This document shows, piece by piece, positions 44,164 to 53,949 of a DNA stretch of 64,000 nucleotides. The position numbers and the translations under genes are program-made. The notes below the pieces were generated by a model, which saw only the letters and a program-made list of their open reading frames with translations, was not told the DNA's origin and searched no databases. This DNA comes from Candidatus Vogelbacteria bacterium (lineage in GTDB: Bacteria; Patescibacteriota; Minisyncoccia; Phycocordibacterales; XYD1-FULL-46-19). Where the stretch lies: assembly GCA_903878275.1 (NCBI GenBank), contig CAIRHC010000010.1, positions 1,604 through 65,603 of the forward strand. Direction: 5' to 3'. How positions within the stretch are numbered: position 1 is the stretch's first letter; each line of letters begins with the position of its first letter.

Positions 44164-46557
44164 TTAATCCAAATCGCCCCAACTTTTTCCCTGCTTAAAA
44201 CTCACTCGAATTGGCACGGGAAATTCGACGGCATTTTCCATCGCTTGTTTAATTATTTTTTCCGCTTTTTCCTCCGCACCATCTTTCACTTCGTAAATTA
44301 ATTCATCGTGAACCTGCAAAAGCAACGAAATATCGCTATTCAAACCAGTTTTGTTTAAATCTTGATCCGCCTTAATCATCGCCATTTTAATAATATCAGC
44401 CGCTGTCCCCTGTAGCGGCGCGTTCATCGCCATCCGCTCGGCTCCAGCCCGAATTTGCGGTAAATAAGATTTTAGCGCTTCAATATATCGTCGCCGGCCA
44501 AATAAAGTTTCGGTATATCCGGTTTTTTTCGCTTCAGCCACCACGTCGTCAAAATATTTTTTTATCGTCGGAAACGTAGCAAAATAGTTGTCGTAAAATT
44601 TTTGGGCTTCATCGCGAGTTGTACCAAGATTGGCTTTCAAAGCATTCACACCCATTCCATAAATAATGCCGAAATTGATAACCTTGGCTTTGCGACGCAT
44701 TTCTTTTGTCACTTCTGATTCTGGCACGCCAAACACTCGACTTGCCACCGAACTATGAATATCTTTGTCTTCCTTAAAAATTTTTACCAAATCAGAATCT
44801 TGCGACAGTGCCGCCAAAACCCGTAATTCAATTTGGGAATAATCAAACGCTAAAAATTTAAAACCGGTACGCGACACAAAAGCCTGCCGAATTGCCATTC
44901 CCAGACCTTCACGGGCTGGAATGTTTTGTAAATTGGGATTGCTCGAAGACATTCGCCCGGTCGTCGTCCCCGCCTGATTTAACGTCGAGTGCAAAGCCCC
45001 GTCATCGCCAAGCATCGCCGGCAAATTATCAATATAGGTCGATAAAAGTTTTTGTAATTCCCGATAATCTAAAATCAAATCAATCACCGGATGAGCGCCT
45101 TTAAGTTTTTGTAATTCTGATTCTTTGGTCGAACGAGCGCCACCAGCCGTTTTTTTAAAACCTTTGACGGTCAGTTGTAATTTATCAAAAATTATTTCGC
45201 CGAGCTGTTTCGGCGAGTTAAGATTAAAAGTCTCACCGACCAATTCATAAATCTGATTTTCAATCTTAGTCAATTTTTGGTGATAATCTTTTGATAGTTT
45301 TTTTAGATAAGCAGTGTCAATCAAAATCCCCCGCTCTTTGGCACGCGCCAAAATCGAAATCAAAGGCAATTCAATATTTTCATAAACGCCGCGCAGTCCA
45401 CGCTTATCAAGCTCCGCCATAATTTTCGTTTGAGCTTCATTAAACTTTTCTGTCCCGGCAAAATTTTTAATATCTTCCAAATCGGGTGAAACCTTATCAG
45501 AATTTACGAGCCACAAAGCAATGGCAGTTTTTTGTAATTCAAATTCGTCAATTTTTTCATCTGACACAACTTTATTTTCACTTAACAATTCGCCTTGTTT
45601 CGCCACCGGCACCGAAATCAAATTTTTTGCCCGACCAATTAAACTCCGAAAATCTAGTTCGTTAAATAATTTTTCCACTTTCGCTAAGTCAAAATTGTTT
45701 TGCCAATTATCATCCGGCAAAGAAAATTCCACTGGTGCGTCATGCCGAATCGTGGCTAAAGTTTTAGAAAAATTGGCTTCTTCTTCATTATTTTTTAATA
45801 ATTCAATAATTCTCGGTTTAATCCCTTTTTCAATTAAAACTTTTTCGTTTTTCTTTATTTGTTTGTAAATATTTTCAATCGAACCAAATTCTTGGATCAA
45901 AGTCGTGGCTGTTTTTTCACCTATTCCCGCCACACCCATAATATTATCTGACGGATCACCGCGCAAACCTTTGTAGTCTGCCACGAGCGCCGGGGCGAAG
46001 CCATATCGTTCAAACACGGCTTTTTCATCATAAGTCACCGTGTCATTTAAACCTTTTTTTAGAGTATAGACCACAACCTTATTGTCTTTTACTAATTGCA
46101 AAGTATCCATATCGCCAGAAGCGATAATGATTTGCAAATCTTCCCGCCTCGAGGAGGTCGGGCAAGTCTCTTTTTTTAATTGCTCCACCAAAGTCCCAAT
46201 AATATCATCCGCTTCAAAACCCGCCGAATCAAAAATCGGGATCCCAAAAGCCGTAAAAATATCACGTGAGCGGATAAGTTGGGCAATCAAGACTTCTTCG
46301 GTTTTTGGTCGATTAGCTTTGTAATTTTCATACACCTGTTTACGAAAAGTGGTTTCTGCCCGATCATAACAAGCCACCAGATAGTCCGGTTTCAATTCAC
46401 CAATAATTCGCATTAGCATTGTTGATACACCATACAAACCACCAGTCGGTTCACCTTTGCTCGAAGAAAAATCTGGCATCGCGTGGTACGCCCGATGAAT
46501 TATCGCATGAGCATCAAATAGTACGATTTTTTTTACGGTTTTTACTTTTGCCATCAA
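44164..46557 (-). CDS. polA: DNA polymerase I (5'-3' exonuclease plus polymerase; 3'-5' exonuclease region reduced)
   Basis: 797 aa. N-terminal FEN domain (LFDAHAIIHRAYHA). Polymerase motifs A DYSQIELR, B RRKAKVINFGIIYG, C QVHDELIYE. Confidence 0.93.
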   Translation of the reverse strand: MMAKVKTVKKIVLFDAHAIIHRAYHAMPDFSSSKGEPTGGLYGVSTMLMRIIGELKPDYLVACYDRAETTFRKQVYENYKANRPKTEEVLIAQLIRSRDIFTAFGIPIFDSAGFEADDIIGTLVEQLKKETCPTSSRREDLQIIIASGDMDTLQLVKDNKVVVYTLKKGLNDTVTYDEKAVFERYGFAPALVADYKGLRGDPSDNIMGVAGIGEKTATTLIQEFGSIENIYKQIKKNEKVLIEKGIKPRIIELLKNNEEEANFSKTLATIRHDAPVEFSLPDDNWQNNFDLAKVEKLFNELDFRSLIGRAKNLISVPVAKQGELLSENKVVSDEKIDEFELQKTAIALWLVNSDKVSPDLEDIKNFAGTEKFNEAQTKIMAELDKRGLRGVYENIELPLISILARAKERGILIDTAYLKKLSKDYHQKLTKIENQIYELVGETFNLNSPKQLGEIIFDKLQLTVKGFKKTAGGARSTKESELQKLKGAHPVIDLILDYRELQKLLSTYIDNLPAMLGDDGALHSTLNQAGTTTGRMSSSNPNLQNIPAREGLGMAIRQAFVSRTGFKFLAFDYSQIELRVLAALSQDSDLVKIFKEDKDIHSSVASRVFGVPESEVTKEMRRKAKVINFGIIYGMGVNALKANLGTTRDEAQKFYDNYFATFPTIKKYFDDVVAEAKKTGYTETLFGRRRYIEALKSYLPQIRAGAERMAMNAPLQGTAADIIKMAMIKADQDLNKTGLNSDISLLLQVHDELIYEVKDGAEEKAEKIIKQAMENAVEFPVPIRVSFKQGKSWGDLD

Positions 46558-46624
46558 ATTAAGTATAACTCATTATTAAAAACAGAACAGCTGACACTAA
46601 AATAAGACAGGGATCGTCTTAAAA

Positions 46625-47077
46625 CTAATTAACGATTATTTCTCGAGTTTGTTCGTCAATAAACTTAAACTGCAAAATTTTAAATTCTGGTTGCCAAATA
46701 TCAGCAATAATTTCTGGCCATTCAACCAAAATCAAGTTATTTGGGTCTGCAATAATTTCCACCCAATCAAGACGTAGCAAGTCACTGCCATCTTTTAAAC
46801 GATACGCATCAATATGAATAATTTCGCGGAAATAATCCGCCCCGTCCTTTGGCGGGGCGGTTATTTTATATTTTTTTTCAATCACAAAAGTCGGGCTAGT
46901 TACCGAGATTTTAATCCCTAAATTTTTTACCACCAGTTTAGTAAAAGCAGTTTTACCAGCACCCAAATCACCCTTTAGCCCGACAACAGTCGCTTTATCC
47001 TCTTTTTTCAAGCCAGCCAAAAAATCTTGGGCAACCTTTTCTGTTTCGGCTAAGTTATGACAAGTGTATTTCTTCAT
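46625..47077 (-). CDS. tsaE: tRNA t6A37 biosynthesis ATPase TsaE (YjeE)
   Basis: GDLGAGKTAFTK P-loop, small 150-aa protein typical of TsaE. Confidence 0.85.
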   Translation of the reverse strand: MKKYTCHNLAETEKVAQDFLAGLKKEDKATVVGLKGDLGAGKTAFTKLVVKNLGIKISVTSPTFVIEKKYKITAPPKDGADYFREIIHIDAYRLKDGSDLLRLDWVEIIADPNNLILVEWPEIIADIWQPEFKILQFKFIDEQTREIIVN

Positions 47078-47247
47078 TAACCCTGTTAAATATAAATTTG
47101 ATTATTAATACTCAAATTTAACCACAAAAATTTTGTTTAACAAAATTTTTGTGGTTATTAAACAGGGCAAGTATTAGCATTTTTTTGCAAACTAATAGCC
47201 CAAGGAACGAATCCCTTGGGCTAAGTAAAAAACAAAAGAACAAATTC

Positions 47248-47844
47248 TTATCGGCGATGGTCGCCGTGCCCCTGCCCACCAACTTGGTGGTTTTGGTGGT
47301 TTCCGCCACCTCCACCATTTTGCCGGTGGTTTTGGCTGGAGCGGTTTTGCGCGTCACGCCGGGCTTGGTCAGCCCGGTTTTGTGCGTCGCGCATTTGCTG
47401 GTCTGCGCGATTTTGGGCGTCGCGGACCATTTGGTCAGCCCGGTTTTGTGCGTCGCGCTGGGCTTGTTCACGACGATTTCGCTCGTCGCGATAAGCTTGT
47501 TCGTGACGAAGCTGTTCGTCACGACGCTGCTGTTCGCAACGCAACTGGTAGTCGCGATCAGGCACTTCCGTGTAAACCGGAACCGGTGTTACAACGACTG
47601 GGTCGCTGTAAACAACTTCCCGCCGAACAACAACCGGTGATGACTGCTGAACAATGACAGGTGTCCGTTCAACAATCACCGGCGGATTAATGATCGCCGA
47701 GGTGATTACCGCAGCTCCCAAAACCCCCAATCCCACACCGACCGCGATGTCGCGGTCTTTATGTCCATGACCAGCTTCTGCACTTGTCGCAAAAACCAGC
47801 GCCAACGCAATAAAAACAACAATGAATAAATTACTCTTCATAAC
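47248..47844 (-). CDS. Secreted low-complexity repeat protein
   Basis: Signal peptide MKSNLFIVVFIALALVFATSAEA. Four tandem RDAQNRADQ-type 11-aa repeats. Gln/Arg-rich. His/Gly-rich C-terminus NGGGGGNHQNHQVGGQGHGDHRR. The DNA is GC-rich with visible tandem repeats. Overlapping track ORFs in other frames are judged spurious. Confidence 0.6.
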   Translation of the reverse strand, partial: VMKSNLFIVVFIALALVFATSAEAGHGHKDRDIAVGVGLGVLGAAVITSAIINPPVIVERTPVIVQQSSPVVVRREVVYSDPVVVTPVPVYTEVPDRDYQLRCEQQRRDEQLRHEQAYRDERNRREQAQRDAQNRADQMVRDAQNRADQQMRDAQNRADQARRDAQNRSSQNHRQNGGGGGNHQNHQVGGQGHGDHRR

Positions 47845-48077
47845 GACCTCTTTTCTGAACCCATGGGGTTCTTGCTTTTCAGTGTTCAGGCCCAATGCCT
47901 TTATCCTCTTGTAGTATAGCAAATTATACCACGTTTGTCAATAGCTAAAAAACCTTTATTTTAAGACTTATTTTCTGGTTTTCCACAAAAAAGCCTTGGC
48001 TAATAAAAATTTTATTTTTACTCGCCCCAGCTGATTTACTACTCACTAATTAATTTTAAATTACGAAACTCTAACGA

Positions 48078-48156
48078 GTGTCATTCCCGCGAAGGCGGGA
48101 ATCCAGACTAGTTCGATAAAACCTGGATTCCCGCCTTCGCGAGAATGACAGAGTGA
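48078..48156. repeat. 27-bp inverted repeat GTCATTC(C/T)CGCGAAGGCGGGAATCCAG around a 17-nt spacer; each arm holds a CCCGC-GAAG-GCGGG hairpin
   Basis: Seen directly. One mismatch between the arms. Part of a 500-bp structure-rich intergenic region upstream of pilB. Confidence 0.7.
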
Positions 48157-48446
48157 AAGCAAGAATGACAATAAAGAAAAGTGAAAATGACCGAAAAACA
48201 CAGAGAGCTAAGTTTTTAAATTTAAAATTTTAATCGCCCCAGTGGAATAGCCAAGCTAAATTTGCTTCGGCAAATTTATTCCACCGGGCGAACTGCTCTG
48301 CGGAGCAGTTCGAGTTACCCACAGTTTTAAATTATTTTTGTTGGCGAAAAAATTTTTAAGTGCTAGGAATATTGTTAGCGGAAATGAAATTTAAAAAATT
48401 CTGAATTGTTGAATTTGTTTTTGTTTTTAAAAAAGGTAAAATTAAA

Positions 48447-50138
48447 TTGATGACAACTTCTCCACTAAATAATGATCCGCAAATCAAAGAACTCTGGCAA
48501 AAAGAGGCGGAAGATTTAGCTCTTACTCTGGCAAAAAGATACCAACTTCCCTATTTAGATATTTCAAAAACCTCAATCAATACCGATGCTTTAAGATTGG
48601 TTCCAGAAAAAGACGCGCTAAAAGCTCAAACTGTCCCATTCAACGTTAACGGAAAAAATGTCAGCATCGCCCTCACCTCTCCCAACCGTCCAGAATCACT
48701 AGCGATTATCGAAGATTTAAAAAATAAAAACTTAATTTTAAAGATTTTTGTTGTGTCGGAGCCGGGTTTTGAAAGCGTCGTCGTTCAATATGCCGACATT
48801 AATAAATCAGTTAAGGTTCGTGCCGGTTTAATTGACATTTCCAACGAAAAAATCGTTGAGTACGTTGAAAAATTCAAAAACATCACCGACATTTACGATG
48901 AGCTAAAAAAAGAAATGGAGCTCTTCGACAAAAAAGGTGGTGTGTCGACAATTCTGGAAATCATTTTGGCTGGTGGTTTGGTGACCGAAGCTTCTGACGT
49001 TCATATCGAGCCAGAAAAAGAACAAATCCGCCTACGTTACCGCCTCGATGGTGTGCTCCAAGATATTTTAGATTTTTCACCGAAAATTTTTCTTCAATTA
49101 ATCGCGCGCTTGAAACTAGTATCGGGAATGAAGATAAACATCAAGCAAATGTCCCAGGACGGACGTTTCAGTATTGAGTACGGCAACGAAGAAATTGAAA
49201 TCCGCTCATCGGTAATTCCTAGCGCTTACGGCGAATCAGTCGTGATGCGTATTTTGAATCCCAAGACAATCAATATGACCTTTGGTAAACTTGGTATTGA
49301 AAAAGAATTGTACAAAGTCTTTGATCGAGAAATTCACAAGCCAAACGGCATGATTTTACTTACTGGACCGACCGGTTCCGGTAAAACAACAACACTTTAT
49401 TCTTTCTTGCGTGAAATAAATTCGCCAGAAAGTAAGATTATTACCATCGAAGATCCCATTGAATATCATCTCGAAGGCATCAACCAAACTCAAGTCAACC
49501 GTAAAAAAGGTTACACTTTCTTGTCTGGTCTTCGCAGTGGTTTACGCCAAGACCCAGACATTATTCTAATTGGAGAAATCCGCGATTCCGAAACCGCCAA
49601 AATTGCCACCCAATCTTCTTTGACTGGACACTTGGTTTTTTCTTCGCTTCACACCAACAATGCCCAAGGTGCCATTCCCCGCTTAATCGACCTTGGTGTC
49701 AACGCCAAAATTATCACCTCGGCGTTGACTCTTTCTATCGCCCAACGTCTTCTTCGTAAATTATGTGAGTTTTGTAAAGAACCATATGATCCAGTAGAAA
49801 GTGAGAAAAAAATGATTGAAGATGTTTTAGCCGCTGCTCGCAAAAAAAGACCAGATTTGGTACCTGAAAGTTGGGACAAGGTTTACAAATCTGTCGGTTG
49901 CGACAAGTGCCACAAAACTGGTTACAAAGGACGAGAAGGTGTCTTTGAAGCTATTTATATGGACGACGCCGTAGCGGCCGCTGCCATCAAGAATCCGAGC
50001 GAGAAAGATATCAAGATTGCCGCCCTTCCACAAAACATTATGGATATGCGCCAAGACGGAATAATTAAAGTCGTTAAAGGTATTACCACAATGTATGAGC
50101 TTGGAAGAATTATCGACCTGTACGAAGAAATTATTTGA
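48447..50138 (+). CDS. pilB: Type IV pilus assembly/extension ATPase PilB (GspE family)
   Basis: Walker A LTGPTGSGKTTT, Asp box, His box SLHTNNAQGAIPRL, tetracysteine CEFC...CDKC zinc motif. Confidence 0.93.
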   Translation: MMTTSPLNNDPQIKELWQKEAEDLALTLAKRYQLPYLDISKTSINTDALRLVPEKDALKAQTVPFNVNGKNVSIALTSPNRPESLAIIEDLKNKNLILKIFVVSEPGFESVVVQYADINKSVKVRAGLIDISNEKIVEYVEKFKNITDIYDELKKEMELFDKKGGVSTILEIILAGGLVTEASDVHIEPEKEQIRLRYRLDGVLQDILDFSPKIFLQLIARLKLVSGMKINIKQMSQDGRFSIEYGNEEIEIRSSVIPSAYGESVVMRILNPKTINMTFGKLGIEKELYKVFDREIHKPNGMILLTGPTGSGKTTTLYSFLREINSPESKIITIEDPIEYHLEGINQTQVNRKKGYTFLSGLRSGLRQDPDIILIGEIRDSETAKIATQSSLTGHLVFSSLHTNNAQGAIPRLIDLGVNAKIITSALTLSIAQRLLRKLCEFCKEPYDPVESEKKMIEDVLAAARKKRPDLVPESWDKVYKSVGCDKCHKTGYKGREGVFEAIYMDDAVAAAAIKNPSEKDIKIAALPQNIMDMRQDGIIKVVKGITTMYELGRIIDLYEEII

Positions 50139-50402
50139 TCGCTCTTTTACAACAAAATAAAAAACCAGAGAATTTCTGGTTTCCTAATTAGAAATATCGA
50201 ACACACAAACCTCTAAGCAATCTCTTTAGTCATGCAACATAAAGTTAGGTAATTCTTTAAGGATAATTTCCGTTTGATCCACTGCAAGGTGGGAACCGAA
50301 ACGTCCTCTCAAAAGAACCCGTTAAACGCGTAAACGCGTCTAGATTGCTTGGAGGTTTGTGAGCTTGATAATCTTATTAAAGACTAGCATAAAACATACT
50401 TA

Positions 50403-51434
50403 ATGTCAAGTACCAAACAGACCAATATTATACCAGAACCAAACGCCGATGGCGAGGTTTTTTTGGATAAATCTTTACGACCGGGAGTTTGGGAAGAATA
50501 TATCGGGCAAAAAGCGATTAAAGATAACCTGAAAATCCTCTTGACTGCCGCGCGCGAAAGACAACACCCACCGGAACATTTGCTTTTTTATGGTCCACCA
50601 GGACTAGGCAAAACTACGCTCGCCCATCTGATTGCCAAAGAAATGGGAGCGCAGATAAAAATCACCTCTGGTCCGGCGATTGAGAAAGTCGGTGATCTTG
50701 CCTCGATTCTCACCAACCTCTCCCCGGGCGATATGTTGTTTATCGACGAGATTCATCGTCTTAATAAAATGATTGAGGAAGTGCTTTATCCAGCGATGGA
50801 ATCTGGGGCTTTAAATATTATTATTGGCAAAGGTCCTGGTGCACGAGTCATCCAAATTGACTTGCCGCCTTTTACTTTACTCGCTGCCACCACGCGCGTG
50901 GCTCTCATTTCTTCACCACTTCGTTCACGTTTTTCTGGTGGAACTTTTCGTTTGGAATTTTATACCAATGAAGAAATCGGACAAATTATCGCCCGGTCAG
51001 CAAAAATTCTCGGTATCGAAGCCGACAAAGAATCACTCGAGGAAATCGCCAAACGCAGTCGCTTCACTCCCCGACTTGCTAACCACTTATTAAAACGCTG
51101 TCGCGACTACAGCCAGGTCGGTAAAAAAGACGTCAGTAAAACCACAGTCAAAGAGACTTTAAATTTGCTCGGCATTGACGAGCTAGGTTTAAACGAACCC
51201 GATCGAAAAATTTTAGAAATAATAATTGAAAAATTTAATGGCGGACCAGTCGGACTTGGCACCGTCGCCACCGCCATGTCCGAAGAAGTCGCCACCGTCG
51301 AAGATGTCTATGAGCCATATTTAATTCAGCTTGGTTTCCTAGAACGTACCCCGAGAGGACGCGTTGCCACTCAAAAAGCTTACGAACATTTAGGGTTTGA
51401 GTATCCAAAAGATAAACAGAATAAATTGATTTAA
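50403..51434 (+). CDS. ruvB: Holliday junction branch-migration ATPase RuvB
   Basis: LLFYGPPGLGKTTLA, FIDEIHRL, ATTR sensor, winged-helix C-terminus. Confidence 0.95.
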   Translation: MSSTKQTNIIPEPNADGEVFLDKSLRPGVWEEYIGQKAIKDNLKILLTAARERQHPPEHLLFYGPPGLGKTTLAHLIAKEMGAQIKITSGPAIEKVGDLASILTNLSPGDMLFIDEIHRLNKMIEEVLYPAMESGALNIIIGKGPGARVIQIDLPPFTLLAATTRVALISSPLRSRFSGGTFRLEFYTNEEIGQIIARSAKILGIEADKESLEEIAKRSRFTPRLANHLLKRCRDYSQVGKKDVSKTTVKETLNLLGIDELGLNEPDRKILEIIIEKFNGGPVGLGTVATAMSEEVATVEDVYEPYLIQLGFLERTPRGRVATQKAYEHLGFEYPKDKQNKLI

Positions 51435-51443
51435 AGAAATATT

Positions 51444-52661
51444 TTAAACTTCCTCATCTGGACCAAGTTGGACTTTCTCGTAAAATTCTTCTAGTCTATT
51501 CTCGAGATCATAAAGTTCCGAAAGAGCCTCGTTGTTTTCTATCCATTTTTGAAACTCCTCATTTTGTAAAAACGTAGTCAGAGCTTCTTCGTTTGTTAAG
51601 TGAAAAACTTGTGGCAATGTTTTTAACCAATCTGCTTTTTTCTCAAAAAAATGTTCCGCAGCCGCATATCCAACAATATGATAAAGTTTTGATTCCATCC
51701 CCAGGACAATCGGCAAAAAATCCAAATGGGAGCTTGAGATATTGTATAATTCAAAGTCACTACAATTTCGAACATATTTCAAATCTGAAGTAAATAAATC
51801 ATAAATCTCGATACTTTCTACATAATCTGGATCATTGACATATCTAACTAACCGCTGAAAACCATTTTTGGCTTGGCGAATGACATTAAGTAATGGTGTC
51901 GCAAAAACAGGATATTTACCATCTTCTTCTAAAGAATTTAGGGTTTTAATTAGTTCCATTCTGCCATTGTCACCATTTTCTACTATCGCAAGAACTTCTT
52001 CCAAGACTTGTTGTGGTGGTTTTTTTCTGTCTTTAGCTTTTTTACAGACATCCTCCGCTGTCTCAAGAGCAGAATAAAAACCTTTGATTTTTTTTATTAC
52101 TTCTAATTTTGACCCAAACTGTTTTTCGGTGATACTGATGGCGTTTTCCACGAGCGGTCTTAGTTTGGCAACATCTTCTTTTATTTTTCGATCTAAATCT
52201 TCGTTTTTAAAAAAACTTCTTTCATCTTCTGTAAATAATTTATCGAGTTCGGTGCCAACAGAAACATCTCTAGCAAGATTCTCCGCAATTCTTCCATAAA
52301 ACTCATCTATCGCCGCCTGCAAAGAACTATTTTCTAAATCTTTATCTTCTTTATTTTGACAAATTTTATATCTTAAAAAATGACCAATTTCTTCTCCATA
52401 CGTAATTCCACTTCCCAGACCAGAACCACTAGTATTGTAATCGGGATGAATATAAATAATATTTCTCGTTGAACTATAAGCGGAAGTTTCTAAGCCACCT
52501 GGCGAAAATTCAATTTCAGGGTAATCTTCTTTTGAAATATCAATACCTAGTCGAGAAGACATTAATTGAATTAAATTACCAATCTGCTCTTTGGCTTCTT
52601 TTAATTTAAGCTCATTTGAATCAACTTCAGTCTCACTTTGTTGAAAATTAAATTTTTCCAT
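51444..52661 (-). CDS. Hypothetical protein (405 aa)
   Basis: Long ORF with coiled/helical, acidic character. No assignable motif. Confidence 0.55.
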   Translation of the reverse strand: MEKFNFQQSETEVDSNELKLKEAKEQIGNLIQLMSSRLGIDISKEDYPEIEFSPGGLETSAYSSTRNIIYIHPDYNTSGSGLGSGITYGEEIGHFLRYKICQNKEDKDLENSSLQAAIDEFYGRIAENLARDVSVGTELDKLFTEDERSFFKNEDLDRKIKEDVAKLRPLVENAISITEKQFGSKLEVIKKIKGFYSALETAEDVCKKAKDRKKPPQQVLEEVLAIVENGDNGRMELIKTLNSLEEDGKYPVFATPLLNVIRQAKNGFQRLVRYVNDPDYVESIEIYDLFTSDLKYVRNCSDFELYNISSSHLDFLPIVLGMESKLYHIVGYAAAEHFFEKKADWLKTLPQVFHLTNEEALTTFLQNEEFQKWIENNEALSELYDLENRLEEFYEKVQLGPDEEV

Positions 52662-52724
52662 AACTTGACCTAATTTATTATTTCCATTAAATTTCTAATA
52701 TAAATCTCTTTAAACTATAACACT

Positions 52725-53276
52725 ATGTCCGGTCATAATAAATGGTCACAAATAAAAAATAAAAAAGGAGTGACTGACGCCAAACGCAGTAAGCTTTTTT
52801 CGATGCTCGTACGACAAATCACCGTTGAAGCGAAAAACGCTGGTGGTAATCGTGAATTTTCTAGCTTAAAATCTGCTGTGCAAAGAGCTAAAGATGAAAA
52901 TATGCCGGCTGACAATATCGAGCGAGCCATTCAAAAAGGTTTTGGTGGTGGCGCCAATAATTTTGAAGAAGTAATTTATGAAGCTTATTGTCCAGCCGGT
53001 GTGGCGATGATTATTACTGGTATCACCGATAATAAAAATCGGACGACACCAGAAATTAAACACTTGCTTTCCGAACACAATGGCAACCTTGGCGCTCAAG
53101 GCTCGGTCTTGTGGGCATTTGATAAAAAAGATGATAATTGGGAGCCAAAAAACTTAATGGAACTTTCTCAAGTTGATCAGGAAAAAATTTTAGCTTTGAT
53201 TGACGAACTTGAAGACCACGATGATATTAAAGGAGTTTATCACAACGCTTTCTTAGAAAACGAAGTTGATGAATAA
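52725..53276 (+). CDS. yebC: YebC/PmpR-family DNA-binding regulatory protein (short form)
   Basis: MSGHNKWSQIKNKKGVTDAKRSKLFSMLVRQITVEAK... and ADNIERAIQKG. Conserved pairing with ruvC. Confidence 0.85.
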   Translation: MSGHNKWSQIKNKKGVTDAKRSKLFSMLVRQITVEAKNAGGNREFSSLKSAVQRAKDENMPADNIERAIQKGFGGGANNFEEVIYEAYCPAGVAMIITGITDNKNRTTPEIKHLLSEHNGNLGAQGSVLWAFDKKDDNWEPKNLMELSQVDQEKILALIDELEDHDDIKGVYHNAFLENEVDE

Positions 53277-53763
53277 CAAAACAGAAGTAATTATTTTAGG
53301 TATTGATCCGGGTTACGACCGGCTCGGTGTGGCGGTAATTAAAAAAGCTAATCCCAAAGATGAGGTGCTTTTTTCTACCTGCCTCGAAACTAATTCAAAA
53401 GATGAGTATGCCGATCGTCTTGTTTCTTTGGGAAATGAGTTAGAAAAAATTTTAGACGACTGGCAGCCGACGACTAGCGGTATCGAAAAACTTTATTTTA
53501 CAGTCAATCAAAAAACAGCAATGAAGGTCGCTGGGGCAATTGGGATGATTTCTTATTTAATTAAAAAAAGAAATATCCCACTTGCCGAATACACCCCACT
53601 CCAAATAAAAAGTTGTGTCACTGGTTTCGGTGGTGCCAACAAAAATCAGATGATTAGTTTGATTCCCAAACTAATAAAAATTGAAAAAAATATAAAATAC
53701 GACGACGAATTCGATGCGATTGCGGTGGCGATTACTCATTCGGTTTTGCTAAAAAACTACTAA
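53266..53763 (+). CDS. ruvC: Crossover junction endodeoxyribonuclease RuvC
   Basis: ILGIDPGYDRLGVAVI (catalytic Asp), ...EKLYF..., DEFDAIAVAITH. Confidence 0.85.
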   Translation: MMNNKTEVIILGIDPGYDRLGVAVIKKANPKDEVLFSTCLETNSKDEYADRLVSLGNELEKILDDWQPTTSGIEKLYFTVNQKTAMKVAGAIGMISYLIKKRNIPLAEYTPLQIKSCVTGFGGANKNQMISLIPKLIKIEKNIKYDDEFDAIAVAITHSVLLKNY

Positions 53764-53805
53764 CTCCTAGAATTGTTTTTTAAATTAAAAAATGAAGCGA
53801 GGCAA

Positions 53806-53889
53806 TTCTTGTTTTGGGGGTTTCGAGGCTGTCGAGCCGAGAATTTCAGGATTTTTTAAGCTTCAAAAAATCTGTACCCTAAACAAGAA
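53806..53889 (+). repeat. 84-nt structured repeat element, copy A: 13-bp outer stem TTCTTGTTTTGGG/CCCTAAACAAGAA enclosing a conserved 58-nt core
   Basis: The core GGTTTCGAGGCTGTCGAGCCGAGAATTTCAGGATTTTTTAAGCTTCAAAAAATCTGTA contains hairpins GATTTTTT-AAGCTTC-AAAAAATC and GGCT-GTCG-AGCC. The reverse complement of this element occurs at 61170-61253 with 3 core substitutions and a different but still complementary outer stem. Confidence 0.75.
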
Positions 53890-53940
53890 AGTGGCGAGTG
53901 AACATTTTTTAATTTAAAAATAATTCACCTAACCACCATT

Positions 53941-53949
53941 TTATCCACA
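53941..53949 (+). promoter_or_regulatory. Perfect DnaA box TTATCCACA
   Basis: Exact 9-mer consensus in the AT-rich ruvC-tyrS intergenic region, 52 nt from repeat copy A. Confidence 0.45.

Noticed and set aside
47118-47657. Track ORFs 47118..47522(-), 47149..47640(+) and 47382..47657(+)
   Set aside because: They are alternative frames of the GC-rich tandem-repeat region of the secreted repeat-protein gene. Only the frame with a signal peptide and in-phase repeats is plausible.
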